DNA from: Eledone cirrhosa
Taxonomy: Eukaryota
Direction: 5' to 3'
DNA length: 64,000 bases
Assembly: GCA_964016885.1 (NCBI GenBank)
Contig: OZ024741.1
Location: forward strand, 349,742,001 to 349,806,000
Each line of letters begins with the position of its first letter. Within the stretch, counting starts at the first letter, position 1. Under the pieces are notes generated by a model. It saw nothing but the letters and a program-made list of their open reading frames with translations, had not been told where the DNA came from and made no database searches. Below, one piece after another: positions 38,417 through 52,338 of the stretch. The translations under genes were made by a program, and so were the position numbers.

Positions 38417-38957
38417 TATAAGAACAGATTAAAGTTTAACCAAAGAATCGCTGCTTTCACCCTTACCTGATCCGCTAAGCTGCTTACAGTGCATCACCAC
38501 ACAATAACAGATATACACACATATACGACACAAACATCGGAGCCACTATGAAATCTCACGACTTCTAGACATACCAACCAATACTTCTCATATCATATCT
38601 TTTTTGAAATAATGAAGACAATGGATAATGTCGCTATTAATGCACTCTGCCTAAAAAATGTTGAGATGGTCAAGCCTGAAACTACTTTGAAAGATGTACT
38701 GGAACTAGACAACAACAAAATAACAATTAATGTAATATACACCAATAGAAGATTATCAGAATTACATAATTTGAATTCCTTGTCTTTCTTATGATATTTA
38801 ACTATTACACGAAACTATAAGCTTCGAGAAGTAGAATGAAACCGCTTCATTAGGTCAATGGTTCCCAAAGTGAGTTCCACAAAAGAGTGTCTGGGGTGCA
38901 GTGAAAAAAGGTAGAGGAGTATATTTATATTGTGACCATATATCAGTATTAGACTTT

Positions 38958-39135
38958 GGGTTGGCAGTATCGGTAGAGGGTCGGACACCATGCTGTGCAG
39001 CATAGTTACGTCCCTTTACGATCTGAGTTCAAATCCCGCCGAGGTTAACTTTGCCTTTCATCCTAACGGGGTCGATAAAATAAAGTACCAGTAATGTACA
39101 GATAATTGCTGGCCGTGTGCCAAAAGTAGAAACAT
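38958..39135 (+). mobile_element. SINE family 1 copy
   Basis: Homology to 9349-9535. Confidence 0.85.
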
Positions 39136-39293
39136 TTATTAGACTTTGGTGTTCCCCCAAAAGTTTCTGAACCAAAAAGGGTTGCGCGTTTGAAAAGGTT
39201 TGGAAAACTCTGCACTAGGTGATTAATATTAGCCCAAAAATTAAGACTATTCAGTTCACCAATTAAATTCCACACTATAAATAAATGGTAGTG

Positions 39294-39512
39294 AAGGCGT
39301 GTGGCTGAGTGGTTAGAGAATTGGATTCGAAATCGTGAGATTGTGAGTTCGATTCCTGGACCAGCGATGCGTTATGTCCTTGAGCAAGACACTTTATTTC
39401 ACGTTGCTCTTTCTACCTGGAGTTTCGACCGATAGATAGTATTAGCAATTGGAAAGACCAACGGAAACATTGTTTCCTCGGTCCGATTTGACGAAAGTCG
39501 ATCGACTGTCGA
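39294..39512 (+). mobile_element. CORE-type SINE family 2
   Basis: Homology to 19703-19915. Confidence 0.85.
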
Positions 39513-39840
39513 TACTTAAATGGAACGAAGAGATGACCGCACTACCTCAGTAAAAACCTCGGATTATACTCACTCGCATATATTTGAACTCCATGACAGA
39601 GGTTTTTAGGCATGGTTTGCATCAGAAGCCCCATCTCCTGTCCAACTGGAAACCCATACCACAAGATGCCCCCTCACCAAACCTGCTAAATCCTCCATGA
39701 ACATATTCCTCTCTGTCACCTATCTACGAACAAAAAATTAAGCACATCACATCCACATACACATGCACTCAATGGTCGGAATTATACATATCTTTACACC
39801 CACTCTGCATATCCACATGCATTGAGTACTCTCATGATTA

Positions 39841-39883
<43 letters not shown>

Positions 39884-40218
39884 TTTAATTTTTAATTCTT
39901 ATTAATTCCTTTTAATTGTAGTACTCAACATTTAAGATGGATTTTACTAGTACATCGAAACCGGTAATACTTTATATATTTTATATACATTATAAAACTC
40001 CTTTTTAAAAGAATTGTCCCTCTCATTTTTCAATAATGTCACTTTGACGAATCAAAAGAAGGGAAAAAAAAAGATCCTTAAACACATTTTCCGTGCTATT
40101 TCCAATTTCACCTTTCCTCTATAACCAGTGTTTTGTTTTCATATATATATATTTATATTTATATATGCCTGAATGTGTGTATATATATATATATATATGT
40201 GTGTATATATATATATAT

Positions 40219-40255
<37 letters not shown>

Positions 40256-40724
40256 ATGTGGGGGGGGGGGTGCGTGTGTGTGTGTTTGATTATATATTTT
40301 CATGCCTATATACATGCATATATGCCAACAAACAGAAAGGGAGAGCGATGGGTACATAGATAAATATATAGAGAGCTAGTACGTGTTCGGGCCAGAAAGA
40401 AACATAAATAAAATGAGTGAGAGGAGAGAGAAACAGAAGCAGAGAGACAACCAGAATATGAGAGTACTATATAATTGAATATAATGTGTACTTTAAACAC
40501 GTGTATTTTTTAATTCTCTTCTATATATTTTACATAACAATTTGGTGTTTAGTTTCTTAAGAAAACTTATTGTTCTTTATTTATATATTTATATAGTAAC
40601 TTAATAAAATAAAACTTTACTTGAAATCAACATTCCAACTCACACATTCCCACATGTTATCAATGTTTATTGTTATTGTTGTTTTTATAATTTCTTTTCT
40701 TTTTTTCTTTTCTTTTTCTGCCTC

Positions 40725-40784
<60 letters not shown>

Positions 40785-41495
40785 TCAACACCCCCAACAA
40801 TTGTTTATTATTTTCGTATTATTTTCTGTGGTTGCTTAATTGTGATTCGTGTGAATTGTGTAATACTATTGTTCGCAGGCTGGTAGTTTTCCAAGTGTAG
40901 TGTGCACCAGTTAGAATGACTAGACGAATACAAATTCGATTTCGGATTGAACCGAGTTCACTTAACACCAGTCTTCACGTCACCTCTCATTGCTTCAATT
41001 CTACTCAACTGAATTCCTGTGGGCACACTAATGAATTTTATATACACAAATATCTAATACTTTATTTCCATACAGCTAGAACTTGTACACTTATGAATGT
41101 GTGCCCATAATATAAAAAGGCCACTTTATTCCAACGAAAAGTGTTCAGAACCCATACTGAGCGTTTATATATTGTTATTTGGGGGTGGTCATGTTGCCAG
41201 TATTGCCAATAAAAAGAAACACATTTACCATATGATTTTCACTTTATCTTTATTACTAGTTATTCGTTCGTTCATCAAAGTTCTTTCATCACATATTCTG
41301 TGACCTCCTCAATGACTATTTGTTCTCTTTTGTGCATCCCCTTCTTTCTGGTCGCAATCTGCTACGCCGTCTTGTCTAAATTGACAACTACAAAACATGT
41401 GAGAAACACCCAAAGGAATATGTGTACCTAAAGTGACAGCATAGTTAGTGTAATATCACTCTCCCTCTCTTTCTCTCTCTCTATAAAGATATACG

Positions 41496-41556
<61 letters not shown>

Positions 41557-41573
41557 TTATGTATATATATGTC

Positions 41574-41613
<40 letters not shown>

Positions 41614-41651
41614 CGTGTGTGTGTGTATGTTTGTACATATATATATATACA

Positions 41652-43350
41652 TTAGGGTGTTCCATTTTGCAAACTATTCGCCAGTCATCTCATGTCGATT
41701 ACGCTCGTGTTTAAGTTGATAAAATAACAATAATGATTCAAATAATATTTAGAGGTTGAACATCACATCTTTCAATTTACGACGAATGTTTGGATCTGGC
41801 CTGTAGTATACTGTCTTTTCTGCTCACTTTACTAAATCCAATGTGGAAACTACACGACAGAACGAAATGACTTGAGAATAAGCTTGAAGAATATGTTCTA
41901 AATACGCAATATTATTGGGTTGAAAAAGAGAAACACTTTTTATGAAGGAAATTTATAACTAGAAATTACTTTTTGTAGATCTCTTGACTTTCATGGTGTA
42001 AGCTTAAGTTGATCTTTGAATAGAACTATCTTGATCAGATATATGTCTTTAACTATCCAGCGAACATGGAGGTTGGCTCCTGAGACCAAGAAGAATTGGG
42101 GAGATGGCCAACCTTCGAGATGTAGAAGGGAGAGGTTTATGAACTCGGCTTAGTCTTCTCAGGAATGATCTCCAGAAAGCAGTACAGTTAGTAGATATTC
42201 AACCATCCCCTCCTTAGTTTGTTTGTAAAAAGTCTTCTATGGGTTCATCATCATCCAGGATAGTTTAATAATAAGACTTATCGATGGACCCAAAGTTCCT
42301 GGTACATTTTGAACATTGGGATACTGAGACCAAATGATGGGAAAAAGATATCAAAGACTTTCTTCAAAACTAGTTAAAGAATGTAATGGCGGCTAGTCAG
42401 CCACAAGAGGGAATTTTTCAGAGCAGCTTCATTGTTTGTATTAGCTCCTTGGTGCATGCCGGTGTTACTGGCGGTGGTGTTGAAAGTCATACCAATTATT
42501 CTATCCTCAATTTTAAGTAATCTCCTTTCATTTCCTGTAATTAAAACTACAATCCAATCTTCAAGTGTGCTAGATCGGGAAACCAATAGTAATGCTTCTC
42601 TATCCAAGTGGAGGACTAGCCAGGATCTGTTTTCAAGTGGGAAAGCGTATAACTTGATTTCCTGAGCTATCATCTCACAATGACTGTTCTTGCTCGATAA
42701 ACTGTTGAGGGGGAAATCGAATGTTCAGACACATCATGGCCAATACGCTTTGCAATTGTGATGTAAGAAGTACTTGCTTGTTATACTGAATGTTTCTCCC
42801 GTTCTTATTTTCATATCATGAATCGTATTTTCCTTCATATGAATGTCTCTCACATGTTCTGCAACAACACTAGCCATAAATGAAGACATCCAATCTTCTC
42901 GCTATGTCTCAAGGAAAGCTTTGTCTTCAGATAAGACATCCTTTCATTCGAGAACGTCCTCGCTTGCAATGTCAAAAATTTCCTTGGGGTCATTTTTCCA
43001 AATCTCACGCTTTGTAACTGCTTTGTCAGTCATCCTTGAGTTTTATTTCTTTTTTCAGCCCTTGATACTCCTTATACACTTTCTCAATTGAAGTTTGGAT
43101 GTTCTTTTTTTCGTTTTGGTAGGGATATTTGCTTTTCTCATCATTTCCTGGATCTTCTGGCTTACGTCTTTTGAAATTATCTCCCTGAGTTCGACATGAT
43201 GGTAGAGAAAACACAAGAGCACTTGCTGTTTGGGCGGGGTGTCGAATCTGAGGTAACTCCACCCTCGGGCTTTTTCTCAAGCTCTCAAATGGACTTTCTT
43301 TTTTCCATTTTCCTGTTCTCCGTGAAAGATGTAAAAAAAAATCAATCATT
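41652..43350 (-). mobile_element. Degenerate hAT-superfamily (hATm-like) DNA transposon
   Basis: DRIIGMTFNTTASNTGMHQGA...LLWLTSRHYIL resembles the DTTASNTG / LACRHH transposase motifs; ttagggtgttcca terminus at 41652; far end not located. Confidence 0.6.
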
Positions 43351-44189
43351 CAATTTTATTTTAACGAGCCTTTGACTTCTAACATTTCTGGAACCAATTC
43401 AGTTAATGAAAAGCAAAAGATAAGAACATTTTTCATAACTTTATAACCACGGATGGAATTTGACGAAAACCAACAAAACCAGCACTGAACCAACAATGCA
43501 TTGAACCTTGCACTAGAAGCTTAATGTTAACTCATTATCTTGTTGAATTTTTAAAACAAATATCGAGTATCTCACCTCATCAACGTGATACCTAATACCC
43601 TGTACAAACAATGGAATAAATTCACTGATGTAAAATTATTTCTACATATTTAGTTTAAGTTTATGGTCCATTTCTGTTTCATTTGGGATCCTATAAACAG
43701 TAAAAATGGGACAGAAACATGCAACCTGGCTACAATCAACAAGTGTTAAAGAAAATTCTTTTCATTTAACATTCAAAAATCACCAAACCGTGCAACCTCT
43801 AAATATATCCGTACCTCCTCGTATTTTTCCTGTATAGTTTTTATGTAAAATGGATCCAGTGCGCAATCGACATGAGGTGAAGTCCACAAAAACATTTACC
43901 CTATAAATTTGAAATACCTTAGTATACATATATTTTGATGATACGAATATATCTTTCTTTTTAAACCCTTATAATTTCTCTAATCCCTAATTTGTATACC
44001 ACACGACCCATCTGCGAACGATATTTTGAACTACACACCATATTTTTTATGAAGGTTAAAGGTAAATACATCTTCAATCACGAATGATCATGGTTTTGCA
44101 CCTAAACATTTCCCCTCTCAGATACAAGTTCGGACAAGTTATTTTTTTGGAAGACCAAGAGTCATCCATGCGTACAAGTCCCACTTTCC

Positions 44190-44396
44190 ACACTCCTGAT
44201 GCAAAGCAAAGCAAAGGCCGATACAACTTGGCACCAGTGACGTCACAACTAATTTTTTTTTTCAGGTAAATGAACGGAATCAGCGTGAAATAAAGCGTCT
44301 CGTTCAAAGACACAACGCATCACCCGGTCCGGGAATTCACCTTACATCCCCTTCATTGTGAACCCAACGCTTTAACTACGAAGTCACGTGCCTTCA
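44190..44396 (-). mobile_element. CORE-type SINE family 2 (diverged)
   Basis: Reverse complement reads gaaggcacgtg...cccggaccgggtgatgcgttgtgtctttgaacgagacgctttatttcacg. Confidence 0.7.
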
Positions 44397-44404
44397 CAAG
44401 TATA

Positions 44405-44620
44405 ATCTATATATCTAAAACAGAGAATGTCTGCCTGTCTGTCTGACTCCCTAAAACTCGAGAACCACCCAACCGATTTTTTTCAAACTTCACACATGCA
44501 ATACTTATGTTCGTGTAAGTATTTTGAGCAAAACATATTTCATGCCCTAGGGACTGCATTAGATAGCTATAACGTCGCGCCCTTATAATATCTGTCTGTA
44601 TGTCTGGCTCTCTGCATTAC
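44405..44620 (+). mobile_element. Non-autonomous Helitron-like 5' end
   Basis: atctatatatctaaaa...(tgtc)n...aactcgagaaccacccaaccgattt...aaacttcacac. Confidence 0.55.
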
Positions 44621-44694
44621 GACATTATGACACTATCTGTGCGTGTATATATGTATATATATATAGTGTGTATATATATATATATATAGTGTGT

Positions 44695-44803
44695 AACTTT
44701 TTTCGAAATATTTACTTCTGCGTTCACAGATTGATTTTTTTAGTTTCAGAAGATCCCGTTAAGGGTGAAAGCAGCGATTCTTCGCGTAAACTTTAATCTG
44801 TTA

Positions 44804-44812
<9 letters not shown>
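44695..44812 (+). mobile_element. Family B pLTR copy (CAGAAGA at 44747-44753)
   Basis: Reverse complement of 22755-22855; cleavage triplet mutated. Confidence 0.75.
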
Positions 44813-44848
<36 letters not shown>

Positions 44849-45132
44849 GTGTACAGATATTTTTGCATACACAATAACAAAATATAAACAAACGTATTTA
44901 TTACACGGGGCTCGATAAGGATAAATATATATCAAATATATAAGAACCCTAGAGCAAATATTGTTCTAATTGCTGACGAGACAGAAAGGGATATACACAA
45001 TTGGCTGAAGAAGGACGAGACTGTGTTAGTAGAACGACCAACGGCCGCTATCACACCAACAGCAGTAAAAACAACAACAATAAAGAGAGGGATCGCAATT
45101 ACATGTATTTGAAAAATCTTAATGGAAAATTA

Positions 45133-46872
45133 CGCCGTGTAACATATTTTTTGTTCCCCGGTTCTAAGTGTCATTTCATGGTTTGTTATATCCCATTATT
45201 ATTTTAAAAAACTATTATTTAATCAGAAGTTTGGGTTTGTGGTCAGGAGTTTGATATTTCGAAATTTTCATATTTTTCAAGAAAAAACACATTTAAAAAA
45301 AATTTATCAGTTCATATAATTAAATCAACAGAATATATATTTATTTTATTACACAAGCTTATCAAAAGCAAACAAGTAAAAACAAATAAGACTTATAACG
45401 CAACTTATACACGTCAGAAATGACTGGATTTCCTGGATTTGCGGTTGTAGTTCAGGTCGCATTCCCGCACTAGCCCCCAGATATAGTCCCGCATCATTTT
45501 TTCATTGTAGTGGCCCTGGTACCTCCGCTCTATCTCTTTCACATCTTGGTGGAATCGTTCGCCTTGTTCTTTTGAGTAGGCGCCCATATTGTCCTTGAAT
45601 CTTTCCAGGTGAGCATCCAGCATATGGAGTTTAAGCGACATCCTGCATCCCATGGCACCAAAAGCCTTTATCAGATCCTGCACCAGTTGTTGGTAGTTTT
45701 CAGCTCTGTAGTTGCCCAGAAGCCCCTTAACAACTGCCTTGAAACAGTTCCATGCTGTTCTCTCAATCTTATTGAGCTTATTGGAGAACTCGGTAGACTC
45801 AAACACCTTCTTTATCTGAGGTCCAACAAAAATTACACCTTTGATTTTGGCCTCAGATAACTTGGGGAAGAACTCAAGAAGGTACTTAAAAGCGGCTGAT
45901 TCTTGGTTGAGAGCCATCACAAACTGCTTCATCAACCCCAACTTAATGTGCAGTGGCGACATGAGCACAATCCTGGGATCAACCAGTGGCTCCCACATGA
46001 CGTTCCGGGTCCCAACTACAAATTCTGTTCGCTGCTCCCAGTTCTTTCTTTGTAGTGGTCAGAGGTGGCTCTGCTGTCCCAAAGGCAGAGGAAGCATTGG
46101 AATTTGATAAAGCCTCCTTGGAGTCCAAACAGGAAAGCCTCCATCTTGAAGTCTCCAATGATTTCCCAATTGTACTGGTTGTATTGCAGAGCTTCCAAGA
46201 GGACTTTCCCACTGTAGTAATCTTCCTTCAGGCAGACTGAATGAACTAGGGGCAGTGTCGGGAATTTGTTTCCATTGTGGAGGAGGACAGCCTTCAAACT
46301 TGTGGTGGAGCTGTCTATAAATATCCGCCACTCCTTGGGCACAAACGGCACCCCAATAACGTCAAACAGTCCAGGCACGTCATGGCAGAAGCAGAGACCA
46401 TCCCTAAGAGTATAAAAGCCTGAGAAAGGTTCGTGTCGACTTCTCTGACTTGTCACCTGCACTTCCTCCTTGACCAAGATCCACTGCTTCATCCTGGAGA
46501 CGAATGCTTAAAACACAACTTACCCTTTATTCAGGGTGCGAAAATCCAGTATCAATAAATCTCTTTAATCCACTTTTTAAGAATTTTATACTTTATTGCA
46601 CTTTTATAATTTTCTTTATGTATTACTCTTTATTTTATCATTTTAATTTAACCTGAAACATATATAAAAAAAATCATTTAACATAAGCAAATTAAACTTA
46701 CATACAACGTAAAATCCAGCATACAAATATTCTAGTGAATAGCTTAGGATTTTTACAAACCCAAACTATTAACTGTTTAATAGCACTTTTTTTATTTATT
46801 TGGGACCTAAGCAACACAAAAAAGTGATTACAAGCCAGGAATAGAGAAAAAAGATTTTTTTGTTACACGGTG
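45133..46872 (-). mobile_element. Chapaev3-like (CMC superfamily) DNA transposon with frameshifted transposase
   Basis: TIRs cRccgtgtaaca/tgttacacggtg, TTA on both flanks (3-bp TSD); ORFs 46016-46492 and 45414-45998 carry FIDSS, GDFK, PLHIKLGLMKQFV, HMLDAH, EQGERFHQD. Confidence 0.8.
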
Positions 46873-48005
46873 TTATTTGCCTATTCACCCGAGGCGACTT
46901 CACTTTTTATTAGGACTTCTGCATCCGACGAAGCTGTTTCAGAAAGGAGGGATAAACATGCCATTGTATGTTTAGAGCAAAGCCTGGCCATTCTACTAGT
47001 TTTCCTCTAAATGTAACAACAAGATGACTACACCGATGAGATTTACCATATTATTATTTTGATTCAGCAAATAGTAGAGGTTTTCTTCGGTGTATTCGTG
47101 ATTGATAGGATCTTTATTTTTAAGCTCAAAATAAGGTTTAAAGATTTATCGTATACAAATAAGGGATTTTTTTAAATTATAAAGGTTTACAAAAAAACAT
47201 ATTCGTATTTGGAGCAACGCTACTCGATAAAGTGCGTAGCTCGGAGATCAGAGAGTCACTCCAGGTAGAGCCACTACTTCGAATTGAGAGACGGTTGACT
47301 CTGGCAGGATCTGCTGCAAGGAGTGTTTGAGGACTCTGCCCCAACGACCCTCTCAAGAATAAGTGGGCGAAGAAAAGGAAGACGTATTTCCAAATAATAT
47401 GATGTTTGGACCTGTCATATCGACAACATTTTTCAAGCTGAATATGAATCATTTTTTTTATGTGTGAATTATTTTCATATTTATATTCAACCACTTTATT
47501 TATGGAATATATCATGTAAATACAGTTTAATAGAAAAAGAAAAAAATGAAAATTTAGATTGAGAAGAATGGAATGTAAAATAGGAAAACAGAGGAAGAAG
47601 AGAAAAAGAAAAAAAATGGGATGGGGAGGGAATGGCAAGAACGCTAGTGTCACAGAAGAATGGGGAGTGGGGAAATAACTGTTGGTCGATATACCAAACA
47701 ACCGCTATTTGCACCCAAAACACCCCCCTCTGAAACAATTGAGATAGACAAAAGATACATGAAATAGAAATATGATCTAATACTTGAATTTCTGTTGCAT
47801 TTAAGTAAAGGAATAAATATATTTCGTGCTTGGTTTCTTGACTCTTTGAGCTAAACGCAATAACATTTGGTGATCACAATACAATTAGAATAGAATTAGA
47901 ATTAAGCTTCGAACATAGCTATATACAAATATGTATTTGAATTTCGTATTTCTAAAAAAAAATACGGTATGTTTTCAAAGTCCAGCAGTTGCAAGAGCGG
48001 GAGAG

Positions 48006-48049
48006 ATCGTCCTGACGAGAACCAGTCGAGTTTGAAATGCATCGACGAT
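48006..48049 (+). ncRNA. Minimal type I hammerhead ribozyme
   Basis: AUCGUC-CUGACGA-GAAC-CAGUCGA-GUUU-GAAA-UGCA-UC-GACGAU; inside element 47936-48447 with inverted repeat 47936-47974 / 48138-48174. Confidence 0.9.
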
Positions 48050-48474
48050 TGTCCACCTTTACTTCTGATGGACACCGCTGGGTGACGTTAGCTGCCAGTG
48101 TTTTTGCATAGCTACGGCTTTTTAAATGTTTATTTATAAACATACCGTATTTCTTTAGAAATACAAAATTCAAAAAATCTCATTAGAGACCAAGGCTACC
48201 ATTTCTAACAGGTAAGGTGGTCTGTTGCCATCCAAGATCATCAAACCTGACGTTGAATATCTCCTCAGCTGCCGCTTGGTTACAAGTGTCGAGGTCAGTG
48301 AGGAGAGGGTGTAGCTTTAGCAAGGAGTGCTCGTAGTGTGTAGAGGATCTCCGGCATGGTGAAGCAGTTCCTCAACAGGAAGAGGGAATTTGTTTTCCAA
48401 ATATAAAGCCACTTAAGAATTTGGAACTTAGGCCAGCAGATTCATTAAATATATATATATATATATATAACGTG

Positions 48475-48624
48475 AACGAAGGAAGTGTGGTAAGGAACTG
48501 GGTGGACCATAACCCACCAGAGTACTCGATACTTAAGGTAGTAGAGTGGGTAATAGGAAATTAGTTCAGATCTAGCTGTCAAAATGGCCGGAGGTCAGCC
48601 GTCGGGGTCCTTACTCTTTTCCTA
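48475..48624 (-). mobile_element. Family A fold-back mini-element (diverged)
   Basis: Tail plus inverted short arm ending ttcctata. Confidence 0.8.
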
Positions 48625-49435
48625 TATAACGTGTATATATATATATAAGTGAGTTCTTATTTTTTAAACTCACACATTAGAGTAATACATTTAACAAAAA
48701 GTTTTTTTAAATTACAAGAAGTAGATAAATATATATGGGCTTGTGTTTGTATCTGTGTGTCCATGTGTGTGGGAGGAGGGAGGTCATTGTATCAGCATAC
48801 AGATTACCAAATCGACAGAAAAATTGATAAAAGTTAATTATTATATATAAGGCTATTGAAGTTGATTCTATTAATCTAAACTATAATAAATTAAGGAGTG
48901 CGGGACTGCGTCCAGAATATATTTTTTATCCCGTTTGTAAAATAAGTTGGATTACTTTGAATAAATAATGAATGAATATTACATAATTTATCTACTTAAT
49001 TTCAAGTGTGGGTTTTCTGCTAGTTTATATAACAATCGACGAGCCTACTGAAATTATTCGTGATCGTTCTCTTTGTGATACTTGGTTTGTGTTGTTTGGT
49101 GTTAATAGAAGTAGGTTGCCGTGTATAATCACTTACACATACGTAGACAAATGCCTACCTACTTCTCTCTCGCTCTTTCACTCCCTCTCTTTCTCTGTCT
49201 CTCTCTCTCTCTGTCTCTCTCTCTATATATATATGTGTGTGTGTGAGAGAGATAGAGAGAGAGTGAGAGTCTCGGTTCACAGTAAATAAAGTACACAATA
49301 CATTAATAGAGTGTAAACATCAAGTTTAGAAAGGGCTTCTACAGGACTAGAATTGTTTCATTCGAAAGAAATCAAGAAAGCCCTGAATGAAATATTTTTG
49401 TAGAAACCACTTCTATATTAAACTTGATATATATA

Positions 49436-49720
49436 TCTTCTTCTTCTTCTTCTTCTTCTTCTTCTTCTTCTCCCCCTCCTCCTCTTTCCAGGTTAATCTT
49501 TGATAACAATATCTAGTGCGCCATTCCCTGAGATCATATCCGGTGTATCCTTCTACTGTTTTTATTTTCTCTGGAAATTTACTATCATAATTTCCAATTT
49601 ACGCAACGTCCAACACTGTCTTTGCTGTAGATGTATTCTCTTTTGGCTATGATCAGATAGAAAGAAACAATATAGATAATTGTTTCTTCCGGATTACACA
49701 TATTCTGAAGTTACTTAACA
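49436..49720 (-). mobile_element. RTE-like LINE 3' remnant with (GAA)n tail
   Basis: IRKKQLS motif on the minus strand; (CTT)n at 49436-49470. Confidence 0.4.
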
Positions 49721-50317
49721 TATTGCATGTTTTGGGAGGTTTCTGACGAGAAGACATTGATCCTGTGCCTCAGTGAAGAATCCTCCAAACTCATTTTACA
49801 ATTTTATACTTCTTAGTTAGTAAAGTCATTTTTCTTGATCTATTTCTAATCTGGTCACTGTTTTCAGAAGACACTTTTAATAAATTTCTATTTACATTAG
49901 GCCCCAACCCCTGCCCTCTCTACTTATGACGAATAAAATCTTTCTATGTAAGATGTTGAGTGGTGTATTATAATGTATATATTAATACGCTTGTACCTAT
50001 GTACTGTACGTCCGACCGCTTTCAGTAATTACATAGTAATTTATATGCTGTTGAAAAAAATCTGTATCATACATACAATAATTTGATGTAATGCCTTGCG
50101 CCGAATATTTTCTTTCATTGTCTTATCATTCATCGCCCAAGAACGACTTCAACTCCCAACAGAAGAAATTATATATTTTATAATGTCGTGAGGTAAGTTG
50201 AAAATTGATAATACACTGTATTTTTACCTCCGCCAAATAGATAATGCTTTACCCTCAGTTAGTTTGTTTGTTTGTTTGTTTGTTTTTTGTTACAAGTTTT
50301 TATTTATGACAAACATC

Positions 50318-50994
50318 ATCTCTAACCACTTTCTTATACCAGCTAGGTGTTCTTCATAATTACTGAAACAACCATTCTTAAAAATGGAAGATAGAATAAG
50401 TCAACAAAGAGAGGCAGCGAGAGAGCGACAAAGAAGACGACGACAACGGTAACGAGCAGAAGAGAGGCAAACAATCCGTGACCGTAATCGAGAACAAATG
50501 CAAGAAAGGAGGAATGATATGAGCCAAGAGGAGAGAGAAGCTTTGCATAGGACCCAGTTTCCGGTTCGTCTGTCCTATTCTATGACAATCAATAAAGCAC
50601 AGGGGCTAACATTCGACAGATTCAGCATACACTTGCCACAGCCATGCTTCACTCATGACCAATTATACGTAGCATTTTCAAGAGCAATGGCGTTGAACAG
50701 TGCGAGAGTTAAAGTGATACCCCAAAACCAATCCACCCATGGCCGCAGAAGGGGAATCACCTTTACTAGAAACATTGTATATAGGGAAGTGCTTTAAAGG
50801 ATGTTTTTTTATGTGTACTTTTATGAAATTAATTTTAAATAAACTTACATTATTATACATAAAATAAAGGAAAATATAATTGTTTATTCACCAAAATACT
50901 GCAAATCAAACAACTTTGATTAACTGATATATATTCATTGGACAATATTTATATTTCAAAAATTATCCGTGAATTTTTTCACGGGTCCAACTAG
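50318..50994 (+). mobile_element. Internally deleted Helitron (Pif1 helicase C-terminus, ORF 50498-50797)
   Basis: RTQFPVRLSYSMTINKAQGLTF...HDQLYVAFSRA...TRNIVYREVL; 3' hairpin ccgtgaa-tttt-ttcacgg then CTAG|T; 5' end approximate. Confidence 0.85.
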
Positions 50995-51199
50995 TTGAAG
51001 TGATTACTTGCCTTTTTTTATCTAGTCTTGCTAGGTATCGTTTAACTGAAAATATTGTAATTATAACTTAACACGAGGACAGCTAAAGTACTAATGTTTA
51101 TAACCTTATATTTATATTATTTAATTTGCCTATTTATTTATTTATTACATTTATCGGTGCTTAAATCATTAGTCTAATGCATCTATATTTCTTCAGCGC

Positions 51200-51750
51200 T
51201 CTTTAACCACCCTTCGAGTGGTTTTGTGCTTGCGTGTATAGTCTGCATATTGATATAATACGCACATATACATGCATGTAGTTATGATACATCAAATAAA
51301 ATCGTAATTGACAATATGCACAGAAATTGAAGAGAGACTGTGTGACACTCTCTTCTGTAATCAGTAAAGTAATCTATGATACATTTTAAAAAAGACTATA
51401 TTATATATAAGCTGCATTACGGTGAAATGTAATGAAAACGAAAAAGGAGAAAATTAGCGACAGAAATATAAACGTTATGATATAACAATGCAAATGTATG
51501 AACGTTTATATAAGCGATATAATTTAGCGCCCGTTATATCATAACCGGAAGTATTGACATTTGAAAATTTTAAAAGAAATGAATCTTAAAATAAGCAATC
51601 ATTATATATACCAATATTTATGTTTAATCAACAGCTACGAAATTTAGTACATAAATTATGTAATATTCATTCATTATTTATTCAATATAATCCAACTAAT
51701 TTTACTAATGGGATAAAACAATATATTCAGAACACAGTCCCGCACTCCTC
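51200..51750. mobile_element. Unclassified non-autonomous DNA element (also 60452-60929; ends at 48892-49003 and 52602-52668)
   Basis: Shared terminus cagtcccgcactcct and about 500-bp homology between copies; hairpin at the other end. Confidence 0.65.
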
Positions 51751-51928
51751 CCTTTATTATATTATGATGCGTCTATATTTCTTTAACGCTCTTTTCTTTC
51801 AATCTTGCTATACTCTATTTACTTCATTAGTTTCTTAGTATTTGGTTTAATTATCTTATTTCTGTTTCTCTATCTAACAAGGTATTAGTGTTTTTAATTA
51901 ATGTTCCTCCTTTCAGTGTGACATTGGT

Positions 51929-52338
51929 GCGGTGGATTGGCTTTGCAGCATAGAGTTACGATCCTTTACGGTCTGAGTTCAAATCCCGCCGACGTTAACT
52001 TTGCCTTTCATCCTTACAGGGTCGATAAAATAAAGCAGCAGTAACGTACTGGGGTCGATTTAATCGACTCCCCCCCCCCCCCCCAATTACTGGCCTTGTG
52101 CCTATACTAGAAATAATTATTTTTAGGCGGTGGATTGGCGGAATCGATAGAGCGTTGGACAACATTAGCAGCATAGAGGTATGGCCCTTTACGTTCTGGG
52201 TTCAAATCCCGCTGAGGTTAGCTTTGCCTTTCCTCCTTACAAGGTCGATGATATAAAGTACCAGTAATGCACTGCAGTCAATTTCATCGACTTTACCCTC
52301 CCACAAAATTATTGGCCTTGTGCCTAAATCAGAAACCT
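51929..52338 (+). mobile_element. Two tandem SINE family 1 copies
   Basis: 51929-52117 and 52125-52338; further copies at 14884-14972, 52665-52737 (-) and 53582-53738 (-). Confidence 0.8.

Noticed and set aside
44962-45035. Isolated CUGANGA motifs (also 16334, 30935 minus, 49743)
   Set aside because: No GAAA-stem III-NUH with matching stem I found.
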